Origin: Botryllus schlosseri
Taxonomy: Eukaryota
Length of the DNA: 64,000 nt
Assembly: GCA_051294905.1 (NCBI GenBank)
Contig: CM119378.1
Location: 2,606,001-2,670,000, forward strand
Direction: 5' to 3'
Shown here: positions 51,761-64,000 of the stretch, piece by piece
How the letters are laid out: the number at the start of each line of letters is the position of its first letter
Position numbering within the stretch: position 1 is the stretch's first letter
Position numbers and translations under genes: made by a program
The notes under the pieces: generated by a model
Seen by the model: the letters and a program-made list of their open reading frames with translations, nothing else
Database searches by the model: none
What the model was told of the DNA's origin: nothing

Positions 51761-53954
51761 CATAGGCGCTGAGTGACGGGGTGGCGCAGCCACCCCATGA
51801 CACATTTATGGGGTGGCGGCCACCCCATACAATAAGATTAAACGCCCGCCGTCTGCGATTTCAAATCACCAGCGTTGTCAATTAGCGAGACCGTGATAGC
51901 GCGTAAATGCCAACTATTCATAACCGATACGCGCGCGAATAATTGAATACACAGCTTCGTTGGCGACGACGAACTAGTGTTAAAACGCCCCAATGAATTG
52001 TAATCTGTGGTTAGTAATCGGACAATCGAAGCAACCTCGTTAACGACGTCAATTTCGACACGCCTGCGCTGAGAAACACCACATTCTCTCTCGACCAGAC
52101 GGCGAATTCACGTTCTCCTTCTCTTAATTAAATTGTATTTGCGCCCATATTCGTTTTTATAGTTCCGTGATAGTCCCTAATTCGAGGCTTGGAGAGCGAA
52201 ATAGGAGAGTGTGTTTGTGCAGTGCATGCCTGCTAATTGAAAGTCATTCCTGCGCAAAGTGCGCATTGCGCATATACATTGATTACTCTAACAAGGCTTT
52301 GCCAACTTTTATCGGGAAATGCAACAATGCAGCTCAAACTTCGTCATAATGAGCAAATAATTGTCGCGATGTCAGACTTGGAACCCCATTGCGCTGTACC
52401 GAAGTCGAGGAATTGCTGATTAGATGTGCGCTTTCTCGTTTGCTATCATATGTAGGCTAGTAATTCTTGTCTGCTTCATACACCTTCGTATTCCCTCGGT
52501 GTCACTTGTCACTGTTTGATCTGTTACTAATACTGCGCATTGTGCAGTGCATGGCGTTGAATTACGATGTCCAAAATTGATGGAACACGAGATTCTCGGT
52601 GGCGCAAATTCTGAATTTATTCGTTTAGTTTGACCGGGAACCTTCTATGTTCCAATAAATTTCATTGCTGGACTGACTCTATCGAGCCCAACCATATCGC
52701 GGATCGAATTTCAAACCTTTGGGATATGTATTTCTATTGATAAGGTCGCGACATGCGCCCATATTGCTCTTACTGAAACAACACGTGGATAATTAAAAGC
52801 GCACATATGTACGATCAAATTCGACTGGCTGATCAGGGCCTACGTAGGCCTTAGGCCCCGGGCTGATATTAATCAGCGGGTTGTCGGCATAAAAACCCTA
52901 GGTGCGTAGTCAGGGAGTTTCTCATTTATAACTTGAAATCCCGTCCTTTTGAAATGCCAATTCACTAATTCGTATTATAGATGCTGCGTACTGCAAATAA
53001 GCGAAAATCATTTGTATGCGAAATGGGTCATCGATATCTCATGTGCCTGCACTATCGTCGGTGGTTTGATTTAGCGTGTCCGCATGCAGGCCTGCTACCG
53101 TCCGCAGAAACACTTTCGCCAAACAGTAACAATCTCTGAGTGTAATATTGTTTGTGTTTAGGTATCTTTTTGATTAAAACTTATGCCCCCGTCAGAACGA
53201 ATTTTGCTCTTTGCCATTGCCGAATCTGGGTATTTAGGTATGACTAGCGCACCATTTAATTGTAATTATGGCAGGTTTGCGGCATGTCTGCGTAAATACT
53301 ATTTTATTCAAATCCAAATTTTTCGAAGGCAATAACTCCGCTTCCACCGATTGGAATTGAACCAAATTTGGTGAGCATCGTTTCTATAGACAGCCTAACA
53401 TTTTCATGGGGTGAACAGAAAATTTTCAAATTTTTTATCATGTATTTTGATATAATAAATAGAAACTTTCTTCTCCTGTAGCAAAGCGGTTACTGGCTGG
53501 AATTGAACCAAATTTTGTGTGTAGGCTTAAATTAGGTAACCTAACAATTTTATCAAGTAGCCAGTACGATTTGAGAAAAAAAGTCATTTTTGAAGAGCCC
53601 TACTGTTCATGCTCAGTCCAGCGACGAATGCCAAGACCGCGGCAATCAATGACCTAATTTACGATCATCTCAGCGCGAGATCGCGTCGCGTTGGATTGTG
53701 CAATACAGGGATATCTAGAACTATCTAGATATCCCTGTGTGCAATGGGATATGCGTGCACAGACGAATCTCGCTAATTGGTCGCGGCCGCACGTAACACT
53801 GATAATACAACTTGTTGAATTGCAACTGAATATTAGCGTCAGAATGGTCATTTCAAAAGGACGTGGTTTTGCGTTTCAAAAGGAGGGGGTTTCGACAACC
53901 CCCGGGCTCCGCGCCTGTCGCCACCCCATGCAAAAATAAAAGTCGGCGCCTATG
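51761..53954. mobile_element. Non-autonomous hAT-type element upstream of paralog 3
   Basis: TIR CATAGGCGC...GCGCCTATG; 8-bp TSD ACTATGAC; absent from the paralog 2 flank near 16660. Confidence 0.88.
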
Positions 53955-54347
53955 ACTATGACTATATGTAAGCTTGCATACCCGGGTCTACTGAATTTCA
54001 TCGCATCGGATTTATTCATTAAATGTCGCCACGCAATATCGATTTTGTGATTCTGAAGTTTAACATGGCTTTGTATGTCAAAGGCCGTTCCTGCATATTT
54101 AGGGTTGCATTCTTCATCATTCTATATCTGCTGCAAGGGAATTAATGAGCAAAAGCGATTTATATCTATGTCTTCTGTCGAATGACACCACCCACCATTC
54201 ATATTTGTAATTATACAAAGCATATATCATGTAGGTTTCCCCTGGAAATAATAATTAACGATGAATTTGATTTAATGTACATTATCGTGATCAGATTTTG
54301 TGTACACATTAAAATTATACATTTATCCACTGGTATTGAAATCGAGG

Positions 54348-57095
54348 ATGCATGAAGTTGGATCTCAATATATAAAGAGCCGCATTCTACTTGCAATGAT
54401 GGTTGGATGTATACCAGGTATGTGAACGATAGGCTATATTGTGGCATTCCTGCCACCAAGTCACGTCATGACTAACGTGTTGTATATAGCCCTTCTGCAT
54501 GCATAGTTATCTCTATTTTTGCCATCGGTTCTGCTGTGGTTATTCGGTTACAATTATAGCCCGACCTATATCAGAATTATGTGCAAGTACCGATATCGAT
54601 GTGTATCATTTACAGGAACTACCAATTTGTGGCACCAATATGAAAATGAACACAGATATCACATATAAACTTCATATATTTAAAATCACACACCAGCTAA
54701 GTAAGAAACTATAGCATTCCGCGTCCTGCCTGCGCATTGTTAGTTAAGGCCACACAACTATCACAATTGTCACCAGAACCATGGCCAATTGGTGGCCGTC
54801 ATATATCAAACCAACACTGAACACTGAAGACACTCTCACTTGGAATAGTTCAAGGAGTGATGACGTCATTGGGCAGGCACATAAATATGGGTCGGAATTG
54901 GCCAATACCGATGTTACTCCGGAGACACATAGCCTAGATCGGTTCGACTCTATAGGTATAATTGACATAATGTGCCTTTACACAGCAGCGAGGTGATCAA
55001 AATCCTGAATAACTGTCTCATTCCAATCAACAAGCGGGTCATCGGGTATCGTATACTTTATTCAGTGAGATTTACATGCGTACCTGTGTACATTCAATTG
55101 TATTTGCATCTAAGTCTTCAACCGTCTTAGAGCTTTAAAGATAAGGTATTATTTATAATAATCCTTGATGTATTTTGCAGTTTCGTATTTTCCAGAATTT
55201 AAAGAGAAAATTGATGTGTGTACGAAAGCGACTGGGATTATAAACCAAATTGGAACTTTAAATATGCTATGGCTGTTTCACTCGCGCAGCTGCTCTACCA
55301 ATGGATCGTTAGCTTTCAGTTTATTGGCGAACGAATCTACTATTGCGAGTGAATGCGGAGAGATCGGATACCGTTGCACCGAACGCCGTAATCTAGCAAT
55401 AACAGGTAATAATGTAAACAGCCACAGATTGTGAATACGAATTAGCAAGAGACTCACAGTTTTGACTAGTTTCTTTTCTAAGAATTTTCACGGTATAGTC
55501 GCGTGATATGAATTAGTGACACCACAGTGTCCTATATGGTGTCGACGCAAGCAAATCTCACGGCTCAGTGAAATTGATTCACGTCACAATTTCCATTTGG
55601 CTACAGGCAATTTGACGGTCATTTTTGACCGGCTTGCCGAGCATTAAAGTTGGTAAAACGGGTATCAATCAAAAGCTGACTCTGCACTGATTACGAAAAT
55701 ATAAATTTTATTCCGTCCGTGGCCCTGGAACTCCCACAATCAGCCTCGAATTTTCCATTGTTATGGAAATTGGCATTGGGACGCAACAATGCTGTCTGTC
55801 TTTTTTTCTCTTGAGCTACTCCTTCGTTTCGCCAGACAGCATTGTTGCGTCCCAATGCCAATCTCCATAACAATGGAAAATTCGAGGCTGATTGTGGGAG
55901 TTCCAGGGCTACGAGCGGAATAAAATTTATATTTTCGTAATCAGTGCAGAGTCAGCTTTCGATTGATACCCGTTTTACCAAATTCAATGCTCGGCAAGCC
56001 GGTCAAAAATGACCGTCAAATTGCCTCTAGCCAAATGGAAATTGTGACGTGAATCAATTTCACTGAGGCGTGAGATTTGCTTGTGTCGATACTCGACACC
56101 ATATATGACACTATGGTGACACACTGATGAACCAAAAAATATAATGGATTCACCAATACATAGTTGTAACGTCACAATGAGGAATATCTATTTTCAATAC
56201 GGAATCTTTACCATACTAGGGATCGAATTACCCATCGGGTACTCGATTTTCCCAGACCTGGGCTACTCATGCGAGCTCATAGACTACTCTAGATCGCCGA
56301 CTATGACTGCGACTATTCTAGATCGCAATTGGCGCGTTGTCCAGCCCCTGGCATAGCTCAAAGATTTGGAAACTGATCACATTCATAAGTCAAGATCAGA
56401 ATAAAGATGTGGTCCCATATATGCAGGCATTTCTTCCGTTCAAACAAAGTGGAAAGAAAATGAAGAGGTCTCAGTAACCATCATCATGAGGGACTTCCCC
56501 GTCATTGTGCTATATTACGGAACTGATCCGCGGGAGAAGATCGCATTAAGATACAACTTCACAAACCTTGGTATGTTCGATAAATATGATTCGACTTTAT
56601 GAAACTAAAGTAATTTTTTATGGATTCAATCTTAGGTGCAATCGTTTAATACTCCAAACTTGACATTGCATTCATATTGCCGTGTTTATATGAGTTACGA
56701 TGACGCTTTCTTAACCACAGATTCTACGGCGACCTCAACCATAGCAGACAATGCGCAGACATCATCAGTCGCCTATGCACCCAACACTATCTATCAAATC
56801 TTATCCATTGTATTTGGAAGTATGGTGCTGATCACAGGCATCATGTTAATATTTTCTCTGGCGAGGTAAGAAATACTTGATGGATTCATCAAATGAATGC
56901 ATGAATATTCAAATGCTGCATGACGCCTTCTTGGTTAGCATAGACCATATTACGAATTTATTTTGAAACCGAAACAGAACGCGAAGGCTTATGAAGTTGT
57001 CGAAGAGTCCGATGGACGGAGCGGACAGCTCAGAGGATCATGCTATTGTGACTAACGTCAGAGAAACCCGACTCAATGACCTCTATCATATATAA
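54348..57095 (+). CDS. Receptor family paralog 3, 233-aa type I membrane protein; exons 54348-54417, 55181-55405, 56427-56570, 56721-56865, 56978-57095
   Basis: Five GT-AG exons give a 702-nt ORF: MHEVGSQYIKSRILLAMMVGCIP, 4-Cys domain, short S/T stalk fused to TM ILSIVFGSMVLITGIMLIFSLA, tail ...EDHAIV...LNDLYHI*. The acceptor at 56720 is inferred from phase. Confidence 0.82.
55523..56115. mobile_element. Foldback MITE in intron 2 of paralog 3
   Basis: Almost fully palindromic (CACAGTGTC...GACACTATG); 7-bp TSD GTGACAC, single at the paralog 2 empty site near 20211. Confidence 0.9.
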
Positions 57096-60000
57096 TACGG
57101 TAAATCCTACAGTATTTGGTGGAAACCCATCCTATTGCATCAACTCGAATCTTGAAAGCATCATCTGGAGCCCAATTGTAACGGGTTTGGTGGTAGTCAG
57201 GATGCAAATTAAAGAGATCTTTCCGCAGTGGCGTGATGGCACCGCTTTACTGAGAGTACAAGAATATGACGCCCAATATACTAAAGCGGAGGAGCTCCGA
57301 CCAAGACATAATAAATTTCACCTGTGACCGGAGATCCAGTGGACACAGTGCCTCTTTTCTGTCGCTATCACAAACTTGAGAGAAGACGAGGAAATACTAA
57401 TTTGAAAAAATACCTATCGACGATTCACAAAGAACACCAAGCATGAGCCTATAGCTTAGCCGGTGCCTTAATTGTAATCGATATGTAATTGTCGTAAATA
57501 TGTATGAACGTATGATTGCGGCACGAAATCTATTACATTTTCCATTGCAAGATATCTGCTTAGCTTGATTCTGGCTGCTGGGTTGGAAATTCTTTGGTAA
57601 ATCACATTGTTTCACTTGCAACTTCCGCCTGTTATCAGTGCAGTGCAATAAACATAAATGCTATTTAAATTATATGTTAAAGTGTGATGACCTTTGCATA
57701 CCGCACCTAAGGTTTTATTTACTGAAAATAGCACAGTGCGAAACACGACAACATGCACAACTGTACAATGAAAGGACAAATCAGGAGCAGCACAATATAT
57801 AACAGAGAATATCGATAATCAAGTAATAATTGATTAAATAAAGGACGAAACGATCAGACAAAATATTTCGCCACATGCAGTTTTCAGTTGTTTGGATGTA
57901 CGCCAGTTCTTCAGTGGTGACCTAGACCTTCGAAAATTTAAATAAGAGGCATGTACATGTACATCGAAGTAAAAGCACCAGAAGTTAACATAAAAGGAAA
58001 AGCGACGGGAATGAAGCGACTTGTGTCGGTAGGTAGGCGAGGTCGAAATGTTACATCGGGGTCGGTAATCTCGATAAGTTATTTTATTAATTGGCATTTA
58101 GCATTTCCTATGCCTAGTGACCTTACTCGTCCTTAATCTGATTAGAATTTTTACGGATTCGGCGTATTATGCAGACTGAGGCATGCAAGTTTTGAGCACA
58201 CGATAGAAGGGTATACCATTCCGTAAAACGTTCTAGGGCATCACATCGCGATAATTGACAGCCGGTAGATGGATGTATGGAGCAACATTGCTGCGAATAA
58301 AATGAAATAATTGTACATCAAAATCTGCAACTGTTCGGTGTGCGTTTGAGCACAATGCTAGTGGTTGCATCGCTCTAGGCCCGAATATTGGGTGATATAG
58401 AATTATTACATAATCTTGAAATGGAAGTGGATACTACTTCGCCTACGTGCGACGCGCGAATTTACCGTACGAACCTCGAGTACATTTAAATCCTCCCGGG
58501 TTGATTGTAAACGTTGTTCATCATTCATCGTGGGTGAACAAAATTGATCGTAGGGATCGTTGTTATTATAATAATTATTCATTTGGTAATTTAGTGATGC
58601 TTTTCGAATCAGAGGCTCTTTGCACCCCGGAAATTGAGGCATCATCACCTGATGCAATAAAGATTCCCAATATGACTGATATACAAAATGACTGGGTATT
58701 GAAATCTGACGCTTTGATTCCCGTAGAAATTCCGATACATTGGAGATAATGTTGGCGTCGGTTAAAAGATTATATAGCTGGAAAGAAAGGTTCATTATCC
58801 GGGTGATGCGTTTTAACTTTCTTCTTATCTCTGGTACTTCTGTTTATTTTATTCACACAACATTGGCGCTTATCGTCTATAAGGTCATTTGCACCAGTAT
58901 ATTAATTTTAGTTATGTCAGATGTCGTTTTGCTTTTTCTCTTTCAACTTGTTCTTTTGCTGCCATCTTTCTAGAGTTCGACTCTCTCTTCTTCTGGGCTT
59001 TTCAAGGCGCTGTATTTACAGCGGAATCGGTTACTTGTGTAAGGTCATAGTTTCGTGGTCGACAGTTTCTAGCTCGTTGTCGAAATGTTTGCGCAGCTGA
59101 GATTCCGTGCATCCGCAGTGACCAGCACGTAGTATACAGTCTATACACCTACACAAGGCAGGTTCGTTTCGACAAGACGAGAGGTAGTTGTAGTAATCAG
59201 TACCAGATTGAAATTTCCGAACCATAGATTCGCATATCACCATGTTGACATTGGCTGCCAACAGTCGGTCATCGTGGTAGCACTGTCGTACAGTGATAAA
59301 TTATATGCAAGGCATCCGCGGATAAGGTGACTTTAGCCGAGCACCATTTATTGCACTGCTACGACAGCTAGCGGTCACATATGCCAATTACCCAAGTTGA
59401 GAAGTTGAATTTGGCCCCCTGCGACTCTTTAAAAAAGAAATATCAATCCAATAGTGGCACGCCGTTGCACCATCAAGCTGGTGGAAATATTCCAGCATAT
59501 CCTCGGTTGTGACCCTACGAGTAATAATTGTACATGTACAAGGTACATGTACAATGTACAATTAGGGCTGTTCAAAAATAACTTTTTCTTCCCGATTCAA
59601 GCCGGTCACCTCTTAAATCGTCAGGTTGCAGTAGAAAACCTTGCTCACCAAATTTCACTCGATTCCAATCAGTAAAGGCATCCGCAGATCCAATTAAAAT
59701 TTTTAATTTATTATGGAAAATTAAAAAAAAAATTTTTCAAATTTTTCTGCCAACCCCATGAAATTGTTGAGCTGTCTTCAAAGACGTTGCAAAACAAATT
59801 TGAGTCAATTCCGACCAGTAGAAGCGGAGTTATGTGAGTTTTTCGTTGATAAATCGCGGATTATCCACCAATCAAGGATAATCCGATAATCATTGGGTAT
59901 ATTTTGTTCGGTGAAATCTGCATGTAGCAATTATATTTGCGCGAAACAATAAATTCATATTGTTAATTTATTCGCTATAAAGGCTTCTCGACTGGCTCTC

Positions 60001-60395
60001 ATCACTAGGCAACGTCAAATGTAGGAAATATTTTGTCCATATGACGTATAATATCAGAAACAAACAACTGATAGACAGGCAAGACACGGTAGTAACGATA
60101 CAAAACAAACGTTAACGAGTACATATTCGGTTATAAATAACCGAGAACAACAACACGGGACATTAATGAAATATTCCCAGAGTGTAGTGGCGTTCCTTCT
60201 GGCGACAGAGAATCGGCTTTCATAGATTCCAGGACCTTCAAATGAAAGAGAGTACGGCCACGAGCAACTAGCAAATTGACTGTCATTGTAATGAATAGCC
60301 GAATTACAAGCAGTTTGCATTTGAGTCTTCAACATTCTTAAAGTTTTCAAGATGAATTAAACGGTATTATTTATAATCGTCGATGTATTTTGCAG

Positions 60396-60611
60396 TTTCG
60401 TGTGTTGAAGGATTGACAGAGACTATTGATGTGTGTACGAACGCGACCGGGACGATAGAACGAAATGGAATTGCATTAAAGCAATGGCTGTTTGATTCCA
60501 GCAGCTGCTCTACCAATGGATCGTTAGTTTTCAGTTTGGGGAAGGAATATAAAAGTTGGTCAAAATGCGACAATACGCGATGCGTCAGCAGCAAGTATCT
60601 AGTAATAACAG
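60396..60611 (+). CDS. Receptor family paralog 4, ectodomain exon 2 only
   Basis: TTTTGCAG|...SCVEGLTETIDVCTNATG...QWLFDSSSCSTNGSLVFSL...KC..TRC...LVIT G|GTAAAA; open 216-nt phase-1/1 exon. Other exons were not found in the window. Confidence 0.75.
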
Positions 60612-61011
60612 GTAAAAATGTTAAACGGAGATACATTTTAGATACGGCTTGGCAAGAGACTCACAATTTTGATCAGTTTCCTCTCCCATTGGTTGTTAGA
60701 ACTTTTCACAGTAGTCGCGTAACATGAATTCAGAATAAGCTCTAAAACCACCGTGCTTTTTGAAGTGCACCGGATTTCATGTTCAAAATTTCCTTTCTAA
60801 TGATGGTATTTCAGGTCAAAAAACGTCCCCCATTTGTTGACAAACATGCAGTTACTTATTTTTATAACACACTTGATGGAAAGCGAAGTATACACTAAGC
60901 TTTCCTTCGAACTAGTTAGGTAAACTTCCAATCATCACGCCGCAGAAGTAATTATTGTAATTAGAATTTACAATTTTACATTTTACCACGGCGATATTGC
61001 ATGCTCTACGC

Positions 61012-62211
61012 CAAGGGTGGGCGAACTTTTGAGCTCGCGGGCCGCATTCAACATCTGAATCCATTCGCGGGCCGCACTATATAAAATTGGGGTTATAAAC
61101 CAAAACGCAATATTGGTATTTGATTACATAGCGAGGACATGGAGATAATATAAGTGCTTATATGAAACAAAACAGACATTGCTTTGATGATATCGTACAC
61201 GCGTCAGAAACATGGTGGCGATATTTCATAGGCTGGTCGACCTCAATAAGCAATTTGTCAAAACTATAGAGATGAAAGTCGGTTGTCCCGATTCTTAGAA
61301 CAGAGTTGAAATCTAAATCTGTGAGCAGCGATCTGTTCATAGATTTACTAATTCCAGTTTTGGTTCAGTTCCATGACACACAATGCTGACAGCATCATAA
61401 CCATATTAGCTTCAAACACGCTTTAGATATAATATATTAATATCTCAGTTCTACGCATACATACCCCAGTTCTACGCATACAGAGAACGAATCTACCTGG
61501 AACACGCGCGAATCGTTTTTATAAGCACATCACCGAAATAATTAAAACTGGAGTGGCCAATCTGAAATCACACTCGTGATCCGAATTATGTCAATCTCGT
61601 TTAGGATTTTTGTGATGTTTACCAGTCGAAACCTTTCAAACTGCGTGGCCCTTGAGATCGGGTTGTCGCGCCAGAAATTAAACATAAAAAACATAGGAAT
61701 TATTTACCTTAGAACAGTGCGGTTCTCAATTTTTAAGACACGCCTCCCCCCATTATGATGATGAAAGATTTCGCGCCCCCTTATCGTCACATCACACGAC
61801 ACAACCAGGATGCTAGCAGACCTAATGGATAATTTAATGGCATGGAAGGTTTTACGACTGTGGATGAGATATTTTCAAATATAAAATTCAGACTAAATAC
61901 AGAGCAACAATTATGAACTGGATGTAAATCGCGCAGAGCGAAAAAAAAATTGCAGTTTAGCTCAGCTTCGCGCCCCCCTTCAGACGCTTTCACGCCCCCA
62001 AGGGGGGCGCGCCACCCAGTTTGAGAACCACTGTCTTAGAATTATCATGTTGAAATATACTAAGAAAAATTTGAATCAAGTCCCTGCATTAATTTGATTT
62101 TTAGTACGCATTTTATCCATATTTAAAAAGGTTTCTTTTGACTCTCGCGGGCCGCACAGAACAGTGTTGCGGGCCGCATGCGGCCCGCGGGCCGTAGTTT
62201 GCCCACCCCTG
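61012..62211. mobile_element. hAT-type MITE with GCGGGCCGCA subterminal repeats
   Basis: Termini CAAGGGTGGGCGAAC...GTTTGCCCACCCCTG; 8-bp TSD CTCTACGC. Confidence 0.92.
61715..62033. mobile_element. Nested Charlie-like hAT MITE
   Basis: Termini CAGTG(C)GGTTCTCAA...TTGAGAACCACTG; TSD (C/T)CTTAGAA. Confidence 0.85.
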
Positions 62212-62659
62212 CTCTACGCTGTGGGTAAATTGTGAGCGGAACAGGTTTGTAAAAAGTCATTGCTGTACTTGGTGGCCTATTATTTTAGTATTATTTGCCA
62301 AGAATGCCTACAGCGCAGGTCAGTTCAGAGTAGGGATTCTGGTTTAAATCTGGCTGATTTAAATCAGTGTGCTTTAAATCATTTGTTTTTCGTTTTTTTT
62401 TAAATTTCAACGTTTTGATTTTATTGATTATTTTTTTTTCAAATTTTTGGACGAGATGCGTGAATGTGGTTAATTATCGGACAATCATGTGCATTTTATA
62501 TAAACCGCGGATAGCATCTCGTCAGCGGCACTGGTATAGTCCAGCTATTTGACAGACAGACGGGAAAAGAGCAAAGAGCGATAGTCAATCAATATGTCAG
62601 CGTTTTGCTGTGGATACTAGTTGGTTGTCTGCGACATGCTGCTGATATTTCCGAGTCAC

Positions 62660-63262
62660 TGGTGGGATACCGCAAAAGAAGCCCCATTTGTTCTCCCGGT
62701 TTTACAACAAAGTAACGTCATTTATGAATTCAAGTGCCACTGCGGTACGTAGGGAGAACTTCCAAACGGTTGCAGGACCGTATTAAAGAACACATCCCAC
62801 CGTCTGTCAAATCTTATATCTGGAAATCGCAGCATAACAATCCGCTTGTTCTCGAACATAACCAGGCCATGGGTCAAAAATCTTCTATCGGCAAACATTT
62901 ACTAGAAAATCATACATGTGCTGCTAACTACCACGAAGACATGTTCTCTGTATTGGCTAAGGGTCGCAATTTATTTCATTTGTCTGTTCTTGAGTCCACC
63001 ATCATCACTATGAGTAAACCCAGTCTATGCCAACAAAGAATTTGTGTGTCATTTGAAAATCGCGCATTAACTTGTTTTGCTTCGCTATCTCCATGCCAAC
63101 GCTTCAGTTCTCTCGTTTTCCTAATTTTGTATATTTTCTGTGTGACGTCATAATTAGCGATATATATTGTTGTTGAACATAGTTATTCGAATTCTCGCAA
63201 TACTGCTGACGATATCCCCTGACGAGGGTCAGCCGAAAAGCTTCGGGAATAAATATGAATAT
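62660..63262 (+). mobile_element. Penelope-like retroelement 3' remnant (frameshifted GIY-YIG endonuclease and terminal repeat)
   Basis: SNVIYEFKCHC / YVGRTSKRLQDRIKEH...SSIGKHLLEN...FSVL...LSVLES...KPSLCQQ is the typical Penelope GIY-YIG C-terminus. Boundaries are approximate. Confidence 0.88.
63213..63251 (+). ncRNA. Minimal type I hammerhead ribozyme
   Basis: TATCCC-CTGACGA-GG(GTCAG)CC-GAAA-AGCT-TC^GGGAATA: intact core, short stems I and II, palindromic stem III, located just 3' of a Penelope ORF. Confidence 0.75.
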
Positions 63263-64000
63263 TTTACCCAAATGTGTTATGATGTTGCGCAATCCGGAGT
63301 CTCTATCGAATTCGAGAGATTCCCTCATCTCCGATCCAGTTTGCTGGCAGAAACCACTCCATTGATCAAGATGAAGATGCAACTATTCACTGGTCAACAC
63401 ACAATTTGGTGCCAAGAAAGTTTCAACGGTTTTAGGGTGTATTTAGGTCGCTGAATCCGAAAATGACATTAGTTTTTTCGAATAGACCCTATTCTTTGAG
63501 ATATTCCACATTTTTGTTTGGGAAAGTGCTCAAAATACGCAAATTTTGGCATAGCTAAATTTTCCTTAATATACTACAACTTCGATGAGTTCACATCTGT
63601 CTCTTCAAGTGTGTGCAAGTGCATACAGTATTGGTCTATTTCTGAAACGATATCGTTGAAGACGCAATCGTTAACACACAGAGCCTTCTATATGTGAGTC
63701 CTGTTTCATGTGAAAACCAAGCAAAAATGATAAAATCAGGCGATAGTCGCGGTAAACAACATATTTTTCAAAATCAAAACAGGTGCCGTCAAAGCCCAAA
63801 CACTACGTTCAGTAACGCTCAAAGTTCAGTAGTAAGCTGTCAAAGCACTCTAATCAATCATATACCTCCATTTTCAGTAAAAGTCCTTCGATGTCTTTGC
63901 AGTAAAAAAGTTTAAATACGGAAGTAATTATTTCTCTCTTGTACGGTAAAATGTTATTCAAGCTCCTGTTCGAGGGCAGTTTTTGTCTTTGAGTCGGGTA

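Noticed and set aside
54065..54146. Signal-peptide-like ORF MALYVKGRSCIFRVAFFIILYLLQ
   Set aside because: No GT donor follows it and it is frameshifted in paralog 2 (near 16795). The exon at 54348/17078 fits better.
55523..55560. CACAGTG as a RAG/Transib RSS heptamer
   Set aside because: The other end is CATAGTG, I see no nonamer at 12/23 spacing, and the TSD is 7 bp rather than the 5 bp of Transib.
57076..57327. 83-aa ORF overlapping the paralog 3 stop codon
   Set aside because: Homologous 3' regions of paralogs 1 and 2 have stops and frameshifts, so it is treated as 3'UTR.

Overview
AT-rich, repeat-dense animal genomic DNA with spliceosomal introns, probably from a marine invertebrate (inference). 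Most listed ORFs are spurious, and the real genes are multi-exon. The main result is a tandem family of four related genes for small single-pass membrane proteins, assembled by hand from splice sites and phase-consistent exons. Their layout is signal peptide, 4-Cys CUB-like ectodomain, Ser/Thr stalk, TM helix and a short tail with Tyr motifs ending in N(D/E)LYHI*. Two copies are complete (17078-21807, 269 aa; 54348-57095, 233 aa). One has only its TM and tail exons in view (7692-9039), one only its ectodomain exon (60396-60611), and a 'ghost' unit keeps only flanks (~45235-47970). The ectodomains are strongly diverged, as in immune or allorecognition receptor clusters (inference). Between the copies, on the minus strand, lie a compact six-NHL-repeat gene with tiny introns and a 147-aa gene with an MGxxxS myristoylation motif. 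A near-identical block (1-~7600 = 35130-~42730) ends inside a MITE. The rest is mobile DNA: many hAT MITEs with 8-bp TSDs, a tRNA-derived SINE, a CR1/L2-type LINE tail, foldback elements and a Penelope remnant carrying a minimal hammerhead ribozyme.
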